DNA from: an archaeon
GTDB taxonomy: Archaea; Asgardarchaeota; Thorarchaeia; Thorarchaeales; Thorarchaeaceae
Assembly (NCBI GenBank): GCA_024275415.1
Contig: JAJRZD010000123.1
Location: 1-8,190, forward strand
Length of the DNA stretch: 8,190 bases
Direction: 5' to 3'
Shown here: positions 7,301 through 8,190 of the stretch, one piece after another
How positions within the stretch are numbered: position 1 is the first letter of the stretch
Layout: each line of letters opens with the position of its first letter
Made by a program: the position numbers and the translations under genes
The notes under the pieces: generated by a model
What the model was told of the DNA's origin: nothing
The model's database searches: none
Seen by the model: the letters and a program-made list of their open reading frames with translations, nothing else

Positions 7301-7883
7301 GGACATCCTGAGCGAGCTTGACACTCTGGACGACCTGATTGAGGAACCCGATGTGGTTCCCGAGGACAGTACGGTTGATTTCGAGGCTGAACTTGAGGCA
7401 GAGCTTGACACGATTGTTGAAGAAACACCAGTCGAAGCCGAGCCAGAAGTTCCCGCGGTCAAAGAACCTGAAGCAGAATCTGAGGACATGGAAACAGATA
7501 TCGAGAAATCCGATATTGACGAGGACAGTGAGCCAGAGTCTGAGGAGGTCGAATCTGTTCCAGAACCCGATGAATCTCCAGAGGTTGAAGAACCCTCAGA
7601 AGACGTTGTTAAGGAGTCCATCGAGGAGTCTGATGAATCCGATGAGGTGGATGCGCCTCTTGACAATGAGGTTTCTGAACCTGCCGAGATTTCCGAGCCC
7701 GAATCTGACTCGACTACTGATCAAGAGGTTGAACCGACTGAATCAGAGGAATCTCTACCAGATGCGGATGATACAGTCGATGAACAAGAGCAGGAGGATG
7801 TAGAGGACATTCTGGATCTGGAAGACGAGGATGAATTATCCGATAGCCTTCCTGATGACGATTGGGATGAGGCCATCGAATAG
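1305..7883 (+). CDS. Giant single-pass cell-surface glycoprotein (adhesin or S-layer-associated type) with DUF2341-like domain, CarboxypepD_reg-like and Ig-like repeats, and an acidic cytoplasmic tail
   Basis: 2192-aa ORF. The N-terminal hydrophobic signal is LILLIGFSVLFMLPML. The ectodomain is T/S/Y/N/V-rich and beta-like, with ~55 N-x-S/T sequons by manual count. The TM helix is aa 1908-1929 (ILFLVIAMTGFFAFIAGAGIGI, nt 7026-7091), followed by basic QRWR...K residues (positive-inside rule) and a D/E/P/S-rich tail. Confidence 0.9.
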   Translation: MNTQQRLILLIGFSVLFMLPMLTGTPTSQSITPKVNPTMSIANVDETTPWWNATYHYRIHVNITDTNSTPRVDVPMSMWFSFDNNTCYKNSIRVTDANGHEVPSQVYNTTSWEDPDYFSGATVFWYANVSADSTATYWIYFSELKSIEIPNYEPVVWFARTTGTLTGKFSPNFWSFRGDWYNVTMLSASGGKITNGAHKMADGSWNWDWGTNRGSMHWNPDGLGGQTTNNLNPIAGTTFVNEEGPLFINYTTQLPFGSYAKMNVTYTFYRWGWITRTYILYSGSTSGSGRTDEWVFYPYITTGAIEVAEDLTQTSYSNWVGSSNKGKPAGFGWWNPNGISHGTVRITHDSWNTDPAYPNNYDNYYYRWWDYSSYEFWDTVIPTIYAQPGTVLEERVAFAAWNGSEGADGYMRVFNATSRYLPLLKEKGEVSSYSFKINVKDLGGSNIEGVNVTLFDQNTGERLIKASGGVYTALTDSNGNVTFIGLFNQTYRIDAWIDSSTWLQPQLGSTGMNVTWSGTRVADGPFTPVGIVLDLASINIHLSDLMGDSLASVGAQTIQVRVYNASDPNRANWRYLDYEATDSSGDLTFFRLPKCDWVFNFTYSNTDTGHIYTEADLGNYISYSIPATDITGDLSRPNWQLPLITLDFNVKAYDGANVETAYVRLSKRGTGDPIATGVTDYYNVTRFTDANGNVTFYRILNGTWNIYLYRNDDFGQTAFNDTESVTNVQGYEQHDLVIPLTWLRVLVQDDSGYRVPSAKVDVKVNGQPLVTAYTDSSGWYNFTWIMANDSSIPVAYTVDVTKQTSSSTNVVVYASFDYLYHNTITITGLAYGSLYTELNATTSTYSWKYGDNRTFIIGWYNRTGSDDASAVDTPLTNYNLGRMNFSIYWQNQLVGIGWWNSTSPSYIAHSASDGIYFTLIIDTIHFKMNASGYPYLIKINASAPGYSTTDIYTITVVITPASTVRNGVTSDVQYWSDGFTLFYSLTTSPEGRNTFNLTALDYFNYTVYDGSSAISSGTLSDIGGGIYRFTDAILNASDAGDYSVLIWLHKFNYQNHSFTVSLTINAVPTSLSWSSPPGDYTWGSGSEITTLLFYDNWHNTSILTADSIVLQWINVDTGEIVLTDTSTLLTYTYNRDIVANGTWQIHAYVSKSNFIGSDALSLVFTVSPVTTQIILTSSNEVTVAWGSEYATFDFDYEHVSPTLAVAGGEIIAIDWTGEYSLVDNGDGSYQLRLLPVQEAANYTFTFYMWIANRTKASATVTVNVLIPLEVRAVAGSSIQDPISEYWTRNFTLQINAGDLSNVSTYVSGVTVTYTFAAGGISGVMTENMSGQYYYIEFPASSAPGPGIYEINIDATRVGCTGTTTSIFIEVIATPTLAAAETQLLTVYYADILDLNFTWTTSIDDHAGVSAPDSVTISLWKGINQINSDIGGVIDFGNGSYTFQVNTKTLQMTADSPLAPTGYYFVITINKLGYGDPLAVTIIVLVLQTPTEMTADQIDPVVWSETLTINVHLKDIIHSEYVWENATVTLIYGGFAQNFTSLGNGTFTISFDSQLAFNSSDTPHHATIEYTLPNYIDGSIGVDVLVNPVAASIVLDTLENAYDWNSTFALTLAIVLDSNSLIRVNVTRVYFYWTGYPTIQGTLVYDSTWSDYRGTVDTGKVPAGARTLNIVAERQNYSIPVVQINLTVRELDTELTPDTEALFVIFGVDQSAEVRFTYVSGSNVLEGATMTFLWAGLERSASWADGEYVFQFNPSGDSSLVVPGTYVLNFSASLMNYTSQTASVVLHLSAATDIVGGPFRVEEGQSFILIFAYWDMVNDRPVGATASVQYIIGGVTHDVDASQFNGTHYLIPLTASEVGEIRTEPYLIQILASAPGYQNWTQSVSKTVQVYILSPTVNVLGLFTVQRDILFLVIAMTGFFAFIAGAGIGIQRWRIPHVIKQINKAIKQMEAGKVASVEGIKSMGQVIAEILAPGLAELDIEAPIIDSISEGMFLGAEEPEDILSELDTLDDLIEEPDVVPEDSTVDFEAELEAELDTIVEETPVEAEPEVPAVKEPEAESEDMETDIEKSDIDEDSEPESEEVESVPEPDESPEVEEPSEDVVKESIEESDESDEVDAPLDNEVSEPAEISEPESDSTTDQEVEPTESEESLPDADDTVDEQEQEDVEDILDLEDEDELSDSLPDDDWDEAIE
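1452..1730 (+). other. DUF2341-like domain within gene 2 (aa ~50-142)
   Basis: The pattern WWNATYHYRIHVNIT...NSIRVTDANGHEVPSQ...ATVFWYANVSADSTATYWIYF matches the W-x-Y-R-x-x-I...(D/S)IR...Y-x-YY(G) layout I recognise for DUF2341 in archaeal and bacterial surface proteins. No HMM was run. Confidence 0.65.
2601..3780 (+). repeat. Four carboxypeptidase-regulatory-like (transthyretin-like beta-sandwich) protein repeats in gene 2
   Basis: A recurrent [FLI]x[VL]xDxxG...TDxxGx[VLY]xF motif: TDSNGNVTF (2727), TDSSGDLTF (3045), TDANGNVTF (3366), TDSSGWYNF (3624). Spacings are 106, 107 and 86 aa. Confidence 0.75.
3800..6990 (+). repeat. About ten divergent Ig-like stalk repeats of ~100-125 aa in gene 2
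   Basis: Module boundaries recur at nt ~4182, 4506, 4806, 5103, 5424, 5769, 6063, 6369, 6669 and 6984 (VVITPAST, TINAVPTS, FTVSPVTT, NVLIPLEV, EVIATPT, LVLQTPT, VLVNPVA, LTVRELDT, LHLSAATD, VYILSPT). Internal beta-hairpins are DIGGGIY, DNGDGSY, ENMSGQY, DFGNGSY, SLGNGTF and WADGEY. The similarity is at protein level only. Confidence 0.75.
7092..7880 (+). other. 263-aa predicted cytoplasmic region of gene 2: juxtamembrane amphipathic helix, then an acidic low-complexity (disordered) tail from ~7290
   Basis: Follows the TM helix. RIPHVIKQINKAIKQMEAGK is helical and basic. From EEPEDIL onward the sequence is dominated by E, D, S, P and V, with no N-x-S/T sequon. Confidence 0.8.
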
Positions 7884-7916
7884 GATGTGTTGTCACAGGT
7901 ATCACAGAAAACCCAA

Positions 7917-7948
7917 GAAATGAGCCCAAAAAGGCTCATTTCCTTTTT
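7917..7948 (+). terminator. Hairpin plus T-tract, probable transcription terminator of the operon
   Basis: Perfect 10-bp stem gaaatgagcc (7917-7926) / ggctcatttc (7933-7942) with loop caaaaa, followed by ctttttctatttct. It begins 33 nt after the gene 2 stop. Confidence 0.75.
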
Positions 7949-8050
7949 CTATTTCTTAATTAATGTAATTCATACATGCTACCTTTCTCATTTTTAAAAA
8001 AGAGGTCACACAGGATTTTCTTATTAGTAACTGGATGTTCTATTTATTCC
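7941..8050. promoter_or_regulatory. AT-rich intergenic patch, likely containing the operon promoter
   Basis: 30 G+C in 110 nt (27%), visibly lower than the coding sequence. It lies between the terminator and the gene 1 leader once the ends are joined. TATA-like candidates are tttttaaaaa (7991-8000) and tatttatt (8041-8048), but neither has a convincing BRE. Confidence 0.4.
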
Positions 8051-8190
8051 GTAAAGGATCTATCATTGACTACTATATGTCCACATGATGCAATGGGACC
8101 GCATCGATATAGGGTAGTCATCATTGCGGGTACAAATGAGCCAAGAACCCGCATATTTCAAGCATCAGTTGAATGGTGAATGACCAATGC
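8050..8190. repeat. Terminal direct repeat, copy 2 (identical to 1-141); its last 4 nt (atgc, 8187-8190) are the start of gene 1 again
   Basis: Exact match to positions 1-141. The window ends 4 nt into the gene 1 reading frame. Confidence 0.98.

Larger units (their letters stand above)
1..8049 (+). mobile_element. Candidate circular or tandemly amplified 8,049-bp unit carrying one complete operon (no replication or mobility gene visible)
   Basis: Terminal redundancy, with the join falling in a continuous 303-bp intergenic region (terminator, AT-rich patch, leader, SD, ATG). The two CDS cover 7,746 of 8,049 bp. An assembly-graph loop is an equally valid explanation. Confidence 0.35.

Noticed and set aside
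7091-7666. 191-aa Ser-rich minus-strand ORF, plus 7714-7929 and 7721-7939
   Set aside because: These are antisense shadows of the Asp/Glu-rich tail: GAN codons read as NTC (Ser etc.) on the opposite strand and deplete stop codons.
7339-7803. 154-aa alternative-frame + strand ORF inside the acidic tail
   Set aside because: Its R/N/L/M/K bias is what a +1 shift of GAR/GAY-rich codons produces. No SD or slippery site was seen.
7863-7877. WDEAI as an ATG8-interacting (LIR/AIM) motif
   Set aside because: A LIR needs W/F/Y-x-x-L/I/V. Here the +3 residue is Ala, so it does not fit.
7976-8179. 67-aa + strand ORF (MLPFSFLKKR...) crossing the intergenic region
   Set aside because: It has no SD and no recognisable motif, runs over the likely promoter and leader, and its TGA is simply part of the GGTGA SD of gene 1. 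It is not credible as a Rep or excisionase without homology or expression data.
7884-8190. CRISPR array, tRNA or rRNA in the non-coding region
   Set aside because: There is no regularly spaced repeat-spacer pattern, no cloverleaf with T-loop consensus and no rRNA-like sequence. Only 303 bp are non-coding.

Overview
The window holds one tightly coupled two-gene operon on the + strand, and its ends are an exact 141-bp direct repeat (1-141 = 8050-8190). It therefore reads as one turn of an 8,049-bp circle or of a tandemly repeated unit. Gene 1 (138-1304, 388 aa) encodes a soluble protein with a probable N-terminal longin/uDENN-like domain (W-D-x-x-L-G-P motif) and two winged-helix-like segments. 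Gene 2 (1305-7883, 2192 aa) encodes a giant single-pass surface glycoprotein. In order it has a signal peptide, a DUF2341-like domain, an aromatic-rich head, 4 carboxypeptidase-regulatory-like repeats, about 10 Ig-like repeats, about 55 N-x-S/T sequons, a TM helix and a 263-aa mostly acidic cytoplasmic tail ending in DDDWDEAIE. A 10-bp hairpin plus T-tract follows, then an AT-rich patch and a hairpin-rich leader that runs back into gene 1. Gene content and Shine-Dalgarno style suggest an archaeon, most plausibly Asgard (Thorarchaeia/Lokiarchaeia-like); this is inference and no search was run. No replication, integrase, transposase or viral gene is visible. The 141-bp overlap equals MEGAHIT's default maximum k, so its length is probably an assembly signature. 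Whether the loop is a true episome, a tandem amplification or a graph artefact cannot be decided from the sequence alone.
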